Of a DNA stretch of 33,516 nucleotides, positions 21,958 through 31,033 are shown piece after piece. The notes under the pieces are model-generated. The model was not told the origin of the DNA, ran no database searches, and was given only the letters and a program-made list of their open reading frames with translations. Position numbers and translations under genes: made by a program. The DNA is from Octopus bimaculoides (taxonomy: Eukaryota). Positions within the stretch are counted from its first letter, which is position 1; each line of letters begins with the position of its first letter. Location: the NCBI RefSeq assembly GCF_001194135.2, contig NC_068997.1, positions 32,929,834 through 32,963,349 of the forward strand, written 5' to 3'.

Positions 21958-22018
21958 CCGAGCGTCCATCACCGATGAGACCAACGCAGGTCGAAATCAC
22001 GTGATCTGGTGGTCTCGG
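21958..22018 (+). ncRNA. Type I hammerhead (HH7) with U4C core substitution, AUC triplet, on a long stem I rod
   Basis: CCGAG cgu CCAUCA-CCGAUGA(21972-21978)-GACC AACGCA GGUC-GAAA-UCACGUGA-UC|UGGUGG u CUCGG. Stem III AUCACGUGAU is a 10-nt palindrome; stem I continues ACUACUA/UAGUAGU and AUGAG/CUCAU out to about 21934-22047. Confidence 0.82.
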
Positions 22019-22047
22019 CGTAGTAGTTGGTGGAGAGTTACCTCATT

Positions 22048-22644
22048 GGACAAAAACCTTCATGATTGTTCTCCCATCTCACCTGTATGTTTTAGGCAAT
22101 AGAACCATTGCTGCAGGGCAGAGAGAAGTTAAGAAATGTTCTGTTCCAACTGGAACACATAAGAGAGCCTACACAAGAGTTTCTCTCATGGTATCTACCA
22201 AGGCAAAGTTTGTTCTATTAGAACATCCACGTTTAAGTGGGAATAAAGATTATTGCTGTTAATTAGCTCCCAACGTACTACTTTTTGCGTTTGATGCAGG
22301 ACCTCAGCTCAGTCTAAGAAACGAGCTGCGGAAACTGTGTTGCACGAACGGCTGATCGACATAAGATTGCGACTCCAGGTGCTGGGTAGCAAACCCAAAT
22401 ACTTGTCCCAATTGGTGCGGGTCGTTGTAAAATTCCTGGTACTCTTCCAGAATGGCGCTGACCACCTCTATTTATGAAGTGTCTCATACCATGTCAGGGA
22501 AGTTGCACGATTATGTAAGCACGGCTCTCCTCTGTGTTCCAGTTCGAACGGAACATTTCTTAACTTCTCTCTGCCCTGTAGCAATGGTTCTACTGCCTAA
22601 AATACACAGGTAAGTTGTGAGAACACTCATGAAGGATTTTGTCC
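22048..22644. repeat. Long inverted repeat: 122-bp arms (22048-22169 / 22523-22644) around a ~350-bp loop
   Basis: Manual alignment gives about 13 mismatches in 122 bp (~89% identity); weaker pairing continues inward (CATGGTAT 22187 / ATACCATG 22486) and about 11 nt outward. Confidence 0.92.
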
Positions 22645-22686
22645 GACGAGCTGATGACTTTGCTTGATCGCCATCTAAGTAATCAT

Positions 22687-22932
22687 TATAATCCTTTCCT
22701 CTATAAGTACAAGGCCTGGAATTTTTAACGGAGGGAGATAGTCGGTTACATTTTAGGGGAGGGGCCTAGTCGATTATATCGATCCCAGTGCGAAAGTGGT
22801 ACTTATTTTATCGACCCGAAAGGATGAAAAGCAAAGTTGCCCTCGGTAGAATTTGAACTCAGAACGTAAAGACAGACGAATTGCTGCAATGTATTTTACC
22901 CAGCGTACAAACGATTTTGCCAGCTCACCGCC
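22687..22932 (-). mobile_element. SINE family B with partly duplicated tail
   Basis: Head GGCGGTGAGCTGGCAAAATCG, GAGTTCAAATTC B box, core CTTTTCATCCTTTCGGGTCGATAAAATAAGTACC. Confidence 0.85.
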
Positions 22933-22935
22933 GAA

Positions 22936-23112
22936 AATAATCCTTTCTTCTATAGGGACAAGGCCTGAAATTTGAGTGCATGGGGGCTGGGGGGCTGGGG
23001 GGGGGCTAATCGATGACACCGAATCCAGTGCGCAGTTGGTGCTTATTCTAGCGAGACCGAAAGGCTAAAAGGCACAGTCGGCTTTGGCTTGTTTGAATTC
23101 TGAATGCAAAGA
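22936..23112 (-). mobile_element. SINE family B, 5'-truncated, tandem with previous
   Basis: Degenerate core and tail GGCCTTGTCCCTATAG..GAAAGGATTATT on the minus strand. Confidence 0.65.
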
Positions 23113-23119
23113 TCCGAAA

Positions 23120-23478
23120 CAAATGTCAAAGAGCATTTTCTTGATGCTTTAAGATATTTTCTCCCTCCCTGTTCTTGGCACTGAATTCTGCAATTATATC
23201 TATCTTTTTTTCCAATCTCATTTCCAACCGCCGTTCCATCGTTCTTCATGAAGTCACAGTGATATGTTTATTTCAATATTGTTTTTCTTTTCCTCTATTC
23301 TCCGCACTAAATAATTCTATTGAAGGCTTTTGAAACTAGATTCTAAGTTTCCTTCTGTCTTATTTCTTTCTATTGCTAGCGCCTTAATAAACTTAATGGA
23401 TTCTACTCTAATTGCCCTTTAAAGAGCGATTCACTTTCCCCTCTTCTCTTCTGTATCTCCTTCATTTCCTTGTTCCAT
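23120..23478 (-). mobile_element. L1/Tx1-like ORF2 linker fragment, decayed
   Basis: Minus-strand peptide patches WNKEMKE...AIRVESIKFIKALAIERNKTEGNLE resemble the endonuclease-RT linker of Tx1/L1 elements; recognised by eye only. Confidence 0.4.
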
Positions 23479-23479
23479 G

Positions 23480-24845
23480 AGTTGAAAAGAGCAAATTACG
23501 GATACAAAATGTTTAAGATAATCTCACACTTGTTCTACATGGATGATCTGAAACTATATACAAAAGATGACAAGGATCTAAAAGATCTACTGGTAATTGT
23601 GAAAAATTCAGTGATGACATCAATATAGAATTTGGCAATTTGGGTGCAAAAGCTACGTTCAAACGCGGTAAACTGACAGCTAATACTTCGATCCAACTTG
23701 ATAATGATACAGTTATCAAGGATCTGGATCAAGAAGGCTTTAATAAACATTTTGGGATAAACGAAGGGAAAGAGATTCAACAAGGGTCAACGAAAGAGAG
23801 GATCAGGAAAGCGTATTATAGACGTTTCAGAATTGTCCTGAATACTGATCTGAACTCCCAGAATAGAATTGCAGTTATAAACTCTCTTAATATCATCAAT
23901 CGGAATTTGAGTGAATTCCAACTTAAAAACCAGGAAACTGCTGACATTAAACACGATGCATCACCCAAAATCAGGTGTCCATAGATTCTATCTACCTCCC
24001 ACAAAAAGAGGATGGTAGAAGCCTAATCTAACTTGAAACGTCCTATAAAACAATCAGGATAGGACTCCAAATGTATATACAAAGTAACTAGATGATACAG
24101 CTGGTAAGACAACACGAACAGAGTAAGAAACTGTACTGCACTCAATCTCAAAGGAGGCATATAAATACAGACGGGAGATTAATTTTCCTGATTATGATGA
24201 TAATGAGGACACAGCATCCACAAAGGTAGCAAAAAGGTGTAAAACAAAAACAAAACAGAAAAGCTTGAACGAAATGTCGAGACTGTGGCAAGAAAAACCA
24301 TTGCATGAGCAATACCCCAACCGAACTGGAGAAAACTAATGTAGATATGAGAAACCATCAGTGGCCGCAGAGGATTAGTCTGAAAGCCGAAACAGAAAGA
24401 TATATCCTAGCAACATCAGATCAGAATCTTCTCACCTGGAACTATCAAGCCAACGTCATGCACAATGGGACAAACACGAAGTGTACACTCTGCGATGACT
24501 GATTTTATAGCATTGACCACATTGTTGCCGGTTGCTCAGTCCTTATTCCTACGGAATATAAAACCAGACATGATCGAGTTGGCCAATGCTTGCGCTAGAG
24601 CATATGCTGTGTCTGTGACATTCAGCACGCTAAGAACTAGTGCTAACACCATCTGCAGCCAGTCATTGAAGGAGATACATACAGACAGGCAAATAAATAC
24701 TAACAGGCCAGACATCGTCATGAAGGACTTAAGATAAAAAAAAAATATGCTTGTTAATTGATATGATTCTGATAAAAATATCTCAGCGAAATAATTTTAG
24801 AAACTATTGAAATACAAGAACCTTGAGATTGAGATATCTAAAACG
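23480..24845 (+). mobile_element. R4/Dong-like non-LTR retrotransposon 3' part (RT C-terminus, CCHC knuckle, restriction-like endonuclease), decayed
   Basis: NYGY..SHLFYMDDLKLY; LYLPQKEDGRSL; CTLCDD*FYSIDHIVAGC; TRHDRVG; HTDRQINTNRPDIV...LIDM...KYKNLEIEISK. Confidence 0.85.
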
Positions 24846-24849
24846 AGGC

Positions 24850-24933
24850 AATTTGAGCTTAGAACATAAAGACGGATGAGACGCCGTTAAGCATTTTTGC
24901 CTGGCGACTAACGAGTCTCCCAGCTCCCCACCT
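24850..24933 (-). mobile_element. SINE family B head fragment
   Basis: GGTGGGGAGCTGGGAGACTCGTTAG...TTCTAAGCTCAAATT on the minus strand. Confidence 0.65.
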
Positions 24934-24934
24934 T

Positions 24935-25147
24935 AATAATCCTTTCTTATTTTGGCACAAGGCCAGCAATTTTGAGGAGAGAGTAAATCGATTACATCGA
25001 CTCCACTACTCAACTGGTGCTTAATTTATCGACCCCGAAAGGATGAAATGTAAAGTCGACCTCGGCAGAATTTGAACTCAGAACGTAAAGGCAAAATGCT
25101 TAGTGGCATTTCGCCCGGCGTGCTAACGATTCTGCCATCTCGCTGCC
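24935..25147 (-). mobile_element. SINE family B, full length, tandem with previous
   Basis: GGCAGCGAGATGGCAGAATCGTTAGCACGCCGGGCG head through GGCCTTGTGCCAAAAT..GAAAGGATTATT tail. Confidence 0.9.
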
Positions 25148-25148
25148 T

Positions 25149-25149
<1 letters not shown>

Positions 25150-25219
<70 letters not shown>

Positions 25220-25286
25220 GGTTTTAGAAGAAGAAGAAGAAGAAGAAGAAGAAGAAGAAGAAGAAGAAGAAGAAGAAGAAGAAGAA
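25150..25286. repeat. Compound trinucleotide microsatellite (CTA)n(TAA)n...(AGA)n
   Basis: Direct reading. Confidence 0.95.
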
Positions 25287-25324
25287 AATTCGGAGAAGGC
25301 GGCTTCAATGTGGAAAACAGAATT

Positions 25325-25540
25325 GTTTCAGAATCGTACAGCGTCGGATAAAATGGTTAGCGGCATTTCTTTTAGCTTTTTACATTCTGAGTTCAAATTC
25401 CACCAAGGTCAATTGCAATTTCCATCCCTTACGGAAAGATAAAATAGAATACTAGTCAAATACAGCGGTCTTTAGTACCGACTAACTCACACCTCTTCAA
25501 AATCGCTGGCCATGTGTATAAATTAGAAACACTATTATTA
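25325..25540 (+). mobile_element. SINE family B, diverged
   Basis: CAGAATCGTACAGCG...CTGAGTTCAAATTCCACCAAGGTCAA...CATCCCTTACGG. Confidence 0.7.
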
Positions 25541-26254
25541 CCATTGTCATCATTAATATTCATAATTTCTATGGTTGAATGTGAGCGTTTACAAAATCTT
25601 AAATGGTTGTTTGACAACCACTTAATTTGTTCAACTAAAACTGGTGATATTAAAAAAAGAATATTTACTTCAGCGAGTAAAGTTCATCAATCTGCAAACT
25701 ACAACCCAGAATCCTAAAACAAACGGGATGTTGTAAACATAGTTTGTATAAAGTATAGGGATTTCCAGTGGTTTGAGCCACGAACAAAGGTGTATTAGTT
25801 TACTTTAAAAATACAGCCTTTTCGTGAATACGCATTTTGGATTGAGGGAAACAGGGTAACGTCAATATGTCGATGAATAACGGGACCCTGGGGTCTTCCA
25901 CAGAATGTCAATCCCAATGGTCAGCGAATGTTGGGAAATCAAGTCAACACCATCTATAATGTAAACACCGGGATGCATCTTCAAAGGCAACGGACTCAAA
26001 ATAACAATAGGAAAGTGAAATAACAGTGAGTCATACAAAGGAGGTTGTGGGGAAATTGAAAAGAAGCTTGATATATATGGAAAACTTTTGGCATGTTTCT
26101 AATTTCAGACCAGCGATTAGGGATCCATTACAGCAAATTAACCGTAAATATTAGTTAAGCGATATGAAGATAGGAGAAATTAGCAGGAAGATACCAGCCA
26201 AACGTAAATATTGGAGGAGTTGATGAGGAATATGGAAGTAATATTTACATCAAA

Positions 26255-26301
26255 ACACAACAGCAGCAAGTACAAAAATAATAGAAACAGCAGCATTAAC
26301 G

Positions 26302-26350
<49 letters not shown>

Positions 26351-26463
26351 CAGTAGCAGTAGCAGCAGCAGCAATAGCAGCAGAAGCTATATTAAAACAA
26401 TGATGGTAGCAGTAACATAACTGTAGCAGTAATAGTAACACTGTTACTACAACCTCTAGCTAT

Positions 26464-26498
<35 letters not shown>

Positions 26499-26520
26499 TA
26501 GTAGTAGGAGAAGGAGGAGG
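26255..26520. repeat. (AGT)n/(AGC)n/(AGG)n trinucleotide microsatellites
   Basis: Direct reading. Confidence 0.9.
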
Positions 26521-26742
26521 AGGGAAACAATATGTAACAAGAAAGACAAGAAAAAGCGAAAAGAAACTAATGGGAATAAAAAGAAAACAACAAAAATGAA
26601 AGGAAAATATTTCAACACCAAGAAAGTTACGTAAAGAGCGCTTTCCATCAGAGTCTCGTTTCATTGACCATCATAGCAAGCGTCACAGTAATTTTTATAA
26701 GCTAACTCACGTTTGTTTATCACCAATATATCGCGGGCTTAA

Positions 26743-26937
26743 GGCGGGGAACTGACAGAATCATTAGAACACCGGCTGAAATACTTAGCCTGTCTTTATG
26801 TTCTGAGTTCAAACTCTGCCGAGGTCAACTTTTAGGGTCAAAAGAAATAAATACTAGTTGAGCACTGGGGTCGATGTAATCGACTTAGCCTCTCCCTCAA
26901 AGTTGCTGACCTTGTGCTAAAATTTGAAACCAATATT
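26743..26937 (+). mobile_element. SINE family B with small internal deletions
   Basis: GGCGGGGAACTGACAGAATCATTAG...GAGTTCAAACTCTGCCGAGGTCAAC...CCTTGTGCTAAAATTTGAAACCAATATT. Confidence 0.82.
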
Positions 26938-27010
26938 ACCTTTTCATTCACTAAACAACAAACTTGTCATCACGGAAATTACTGAACTTTTCCAAAGGAT
27001 TCTCTTTTTT

Positions 27011-27240
27011 TTTTATCTTTTATTTGCTTTAGTCATTTGGTTACGGCCATGCTGGAGCACCACTTTGAAGGGTTTTAGTCGAATGGATCGATCCCATGAC
27101 TTTACGTTTTTGTAAGCCAAGTACTTATTCTATCGATTACTTTTGCCGAACCGCTAATTTACGGGGGAGTAAAGACACCGACACCAGTTGTCAAGCAGTG
27201 GTGAGAGACAAACACAGGCACAAGGGGACACACACACACA
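27011..27240 (-). mobile_element. SINE family A, 3' half
   Basis: Reverse complement of tail and of TAAATTAGCGGTTCGGCAAAAG body. Confidence 0.85.
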
Positions 27241-27479
27241 CATATAATATATNNNNNNNNNNNNNNNNNNNNNNNNNNNNNNNNNNNNNNNNNNNNNNNN
27301 NNNNNNNNNNNNNNNNNNNNNNNNNNNNNNNNNNNNNNNNNNNNNNNNNNNNNNNNNNNNNNNNNNNNNNNNNNNNNNNNNNNNNNNNNNNNNNNNNNNN
27401 NNNNNNNNNNNNNNNNNNNNNNNNNNNNNNNNNNNNNNNNNNNNNNNNNNNNNNNNNNNNNNNNNNNNNNNNNTATATA

Positions 27480-27690
27480 TAATGAATCCAAACAAAGAAG
27501 AACAAACAAGAAAAAACAACAACGCGAGGACGTAGTACAAGTACTGTATTATCAGACGCTCAGGAAGGGAAAGAAAGAGGATTTTACGTTTCGAGCAAAG
27601 CTCTTCTTCAGAAATAGAGGTAAGTCCAAAAGAAGGGAAGACGGGGGAAGAAAATCGCCAACGATACACACGTGGTTACATTTTGAAAGT
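27480..27690 (-). mobile_element. Hammerhead-carrying short repeat family HH5, copy b, nested in SINE A
   Basis: Colinear with 14236-14460; lies between the two halves of one SINE A. Confidence 0.78.
27581..27615 (-). ncRNA. Minimal hammerhead variant (HH5b)
   Basis: Minus strand AUUU-CUGAAGA-A-GAGC UUU GCUC-GAAA-CG-UA|AAAU; core through triplet identical to HH5a. Confidence 0.72.
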
Positions 27691-27708
27691 ATATATATAC
27701 ACGCACAC

Positions 27709-27858
27709 ACGACAGGCTTCTTTCAGTTTCCGTCTACCGAATCCGCTCACAAGGCTTTAGTCGACCCAGGGCTATAGTAGAAGACACTTGCCCAAGGTGC
27801 CACGCAGTGGAACTGAATCTGGAATCATGTGGTTGAGAAGCAAGCTTCTTACCACGCA
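27709..27858 (-). mobile_element. SINE family A, 5' half
   Basis: GTGGTAAGAAGCTTGCTT...GGCACCTTGGGCAAGTGTCTTCTACTATAGCC...GACGGAAACTGAAAGAAGCCTGTCG on the minus strand. Confidence 0.88.
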
Positions 27859-27989
27859 AGTTTTCCGAATCTGTCGTTAATTACGAGACAAACGCACAAA
27901 GCTGACAACTAAATAACAGTTACACCTCTGCAATGGGAATTAACAAATAGCAAAACACGAACGCATCGGAATGGAATACTCAGAGATTA

Positions 27990-28430
27990 CAAAACACTTA
28001 TCAACATATTAAATCCCTCAGGCAATATCATGGAGTCAACTTAAAATATCTTGCAAAAAAGAAAGAAAGAAAAAAACACTTCAAAATCTCACTCATAAGT
28101 AAAATAGCGTAAAATTATTAAACACAAAAAGAGTTGCTAAAGATTTAACAACAACCAAATAATCTTAGCTGTTCAGGAAACTATATTCAAAAGATAATCA
28201 TTCAACACACTGTAGGTTATAACAAAACGTCATTGTAACACAGTGCACTCAATAATACAAGCCAACTGTAAAATTAACGCAATGACGAGAGTGCAAATAT
28301 GGAAGACATCTACTGGCAACTGAAGCAAAAGAATTGCATTCATCTCAAAAGTACGACAGAAGAAATATAACAAAGATTTGGAACAAATAAAATGGATAAA
28401 AATCACAATTCAACAGAACATCATATAAAC
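27990..28430 (+). pseudogene. Possible heavily decayed Penelope-like ORF C-terminus (RT thumb to GIY-YIG)
   Basis: Frameshifted patches ILNPS..EST.NI, LLKI/FNNN, SCSGNYIQKIIIQH, IIQANCKI...STGN*SKR...KKYNK..QIKW occur in the order expected for PLE WFNPP..TNIG, KIFN, SYSC..IISSHN, VYQA..YIG.T..FK.R; judged by eye. Confidence 0.4.
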
Positions 28431-28433
28431 TTC

Positions 28434-28824
28434 TATCTTTTACTTGTTGCAGTCATTAAACTGCGGACATGCTAGGGCACCACTTTGAAGACTTTTCAGT
28501 TGAATGAATCGCCCCCACTACATTTTTTCTAGGCCTGATACATATTATATTGCACTGTTTTACCGAACCGCTAAGTTACAGGGCCATAAACACACACAAC
28601 ACCGGTTGCCCAGTGATGGGGTGGTGGGGGTCAACCACAGACACAAACACACACACATATATACGACGGGCTTCTTTCAGTTGCCGTCTACCAAATTCAC
28701 TCAAGGTTTTGGCCGGCCTGAGGCTGTAGTAGAAGACACTTGCGCAATGTGTTACGCTGTAGGATTGAACCCGGAACCATGTGGTTGGGCAGAAAGCTTC
28801 TTACCACACAGTCACTCCTGCGCT
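28434..28824 (-). mobile_element. SINE family A, full length
   Basis: AGCGCAGGAGTGACTGTGTGGTAAG head to ATGACTGCAACAAGTAAAAGATAG tail on the minus strand. Confidence 0.9.
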
Positions 28825-28909
28825 TATGTTGATAAGCCACAAATATGGCGAAATAAATAGAATCTTTATCAGATAAATTCATCACGCATTAAAAAATAAT
28901 TGGTCGAAA

Positions 28910-29045
28910 ATAGCTCTTTCTAAACCTGGCAGGTAATTTAGAGAGGCGGAGTGGCGGGAAACAAGTCAAGTACATTAACCGCAGTACTTAGCTGGTACTT
29001 TATCGACCTCAAAAGATGAAAGAGAAAGTCAACTGCAACTAGAAA
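28910..29045 (-). mobile_element. SINE family B, decayed 3' part
   Basis: TTGACTTTCTCTTTCATCTTTTGAGGTCGATAAAGTACCAG on the minus strand. Confidence 0.6.
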
Positions 29046-30087
29046 TCGAATGATAGAAGAAAAAGAATGAGTTAAGAAAGTAGATACAGTATAATAGTAT
29101 GTGATGTAGTCTTCAGAGAGGAGGATAACTGCTTACAATATACCAGAGAACCTTACAAATCCAGGATCAACCAGACTACAAAGAGCAACTGCCCTCTCCT
29201 AACTGTCATTCTCCGACTCACAGACGAATACTGAGAGGAGGTTCATTTACTTGCACCATGTTTTCTAAAGTCCCCCACCTTTTAAAATAATTTATTGAAG
29301 GTGAACATCTCCCTCTTCACACTCATCTTACTTTCCAAGTCGAACTTGAGAAAAGACGATGAAAGCTACATTAAGGGAAAACTATGTCTTTAGTCTTCCA
29401 GTTTTTATCCACCACGCATTCTTTTTTACCATAGCCCCCAGACAGAGGAAAACTTTTCCCCCTTAGTTTTAAAGAAGGTGGCAGGGTGATCCTCACAAGA
29501 GGCTCGATCGGTAACCAGATCGATCATACACGTGACAATGGATTCTTGACATAACTCTGCATATCAATGACACCCGGACACTGAACGAGTGCGTGCCGAA
29601 TAGTTTCCTTTCTCTGTTCGAATCTTGAACAGATTCGGTTTCTGCTCCGGCTATTCCCGGAACTGTAACGTGTAGTGCTTCAGAAACAACGATAGTAGCA
29701 CCCATGGTCTTCCGTACCTGGATCTACTTGTAATGTTGCTACTGCTTTTGATGTCGTCTGCAGTTCTATTTTTTCTATTTTATTAAAGTGACTTCTACTA
29801 CCAGTACAGAAGGCTCTGTTAGTAACTGGACCTTCTGTGCTGCACTACTAGTTTGAATGCATCTTCTGCTCTCTCAGTTAGGTATAGTTCCGAGACAAAC
29901 AAATGTCTTACAAAGGAAACATAGAGTCCCAAAACCAAAATGACAAAGAGAAAAGACTGAAAGAGAGAGAGGGGGAGGGGGGTGAAATTTTTTTCACTAA
30001 TTTTAGATGTATGAGAGGAAGAATACAAATAAACTAGGAAATTTCGAGAAAAAAACAATAGTAAACGAGAGAGTATGCTCTCATTAA

Positions 30088-30187
30088 CCCTTTGAGCCCG
30101 TAACACTGGTTTACCGTAGCACTACTCTACCGGTGGAGCGCGTCTGCACTATAGCATCATTCTACAAGGAGGTCAGGGCTCAAAGGG
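30088..30187. mobile_element. 100-bp piggyBac-type MITE
   Basis: Perfect 12-bp TIRs CCCTTTGAGCCC / GGGCTCAAAGGG flanked by TTAA (30084-30087) and TTAG (30188-30191). Confidence 0.8.
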
Positions 30188-30467
30188 TTAGTGATAACTG
30201 CAAAGAGAATCTCATTTTTGGCATTAGAAGAGTTAAATGAGTAACTGAAAATAATGATCTTTGACTTAGACACAAGGCCAATAGTTCTGAGTCGATGCCA
30301 TAGATCTCAGAACTTGTATGGTGCTTTGTTTTATTGACTCTGAAAAGATAAACTTCAAAGCTGACACCAACTTGAAAAATAATACGGCTAAATAATATGA
30401 ATAACATGATTTATTATGGAGTTGCACAAATACAAGGTTAAAATGAAAGCAAAAACGATAAGACTTT

Positions 30468-30559
30468 AATGGTTTCAAATTTTGGCACAAGGCCAGCAAT
30501 TTTGGGGAGGGAACAAGTCAATTACATCAACCCCAGTCCTCAACTAGTACTTATTTTAA
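30468..30559 (-). mobile_element. SINE family B 3' fragment
   Basis: TTTCAAATTTTGGCACAAGGCCAGCAATTTTG...GTACTTATTTTA. Confidence 0.75.
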
Positions 30560-30813
30560 CGGCTAGGGTTGCAGTTGTTGCTGGTGTTGGTGATCTTCCA
30601 GCATTTACTGATTTTTGCTATCCCTGTTGTTAATGATGCCGTTGTTGCTGGGGTCGGAGCTGTTTTTGTTGCTGGTCATTGCTGGCTTTGTTCTTGAGGC
30701 TTTTGTGGACCTGGTGCTCGTAGTGAGAGATTTTGAAATTTCAGCCTCCAAAGGGGCACTAACAACGCAGTACTACCAGACCTATGCAAAGGTGGTGCTT
30801 TTGACAAATGTTT

Positions 30814-30877
30814 TATAAGAATATAAGAATATAAGCATATAAGAATATAAGAATATAAGAATATAAGAATATAAGCA
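30814..30877. repeat. Octamer tandem repeat (TATAAG[A/C]A) x8
   Basis: Units 3 and 8 are TATAAGCA, the others TATAAGAA. Confidence 0.95.
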
Positions 30878-30956
30878 ATGAACAAACTTTTGGAAACAAA
30901 ATTAAGAGCGAAACATTTACATTAAGAGTGAACAATCACGTGCATTCCGTTGAAAC

Positions 30957-30957
<1 letters not shown>

Positions 30958-31008
<51 letters not shown>
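30958..31008. repeat. (AAT)n microsatellite
   Basis: Direct reading. Confidence 0.95.
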
Positions 31009-31009
<1 letters not shown>

Positions 31010-31033
31010 GGTAAAATTAAAAGTAAAAAACCC

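Larger units (their letters stand above)
6969..27473. other. Nine assembly gaps (N): 6969-7261, 7757-7766, 9878-10135, 10731-11228, 12536-12971, 15064-15302, 16593-17002, 19482-20403, 27253-27473
   Basis: Direct reading; most abut microsatellites or SINEs. Confidence 0.98.

Noticed and set aside
5895-22657. Isolated CTGANGA heptamers (5895+, 9750-, 13228-, 18592-, 22651+)
   Set aside because: No GAAA with compatible stems downstream; expected by chance.
25810-26030. GC-richer island with AG/GT pairs and short protein-like frames
   Set aside because: Competing frames on both strands, an implied intron too short, and no recognisable domain.
859-27669. Many ORF-track entries (poly-VC/HT/YI/LS/ER peptides and X-rich ORFs)
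   Set aside because: They arise from microsatellites or read through N gaps; not genes.
29100-29740. Possible LINE 5'/ORF remnant with small hairpins (TCTGTTC-gaatctt-GAACAGA; TCGATC-ggtaacca-GATCGA)
   Set aside because: No diagnostic protein motif and no complete HDV-like or hammerhead fold could be assembled.
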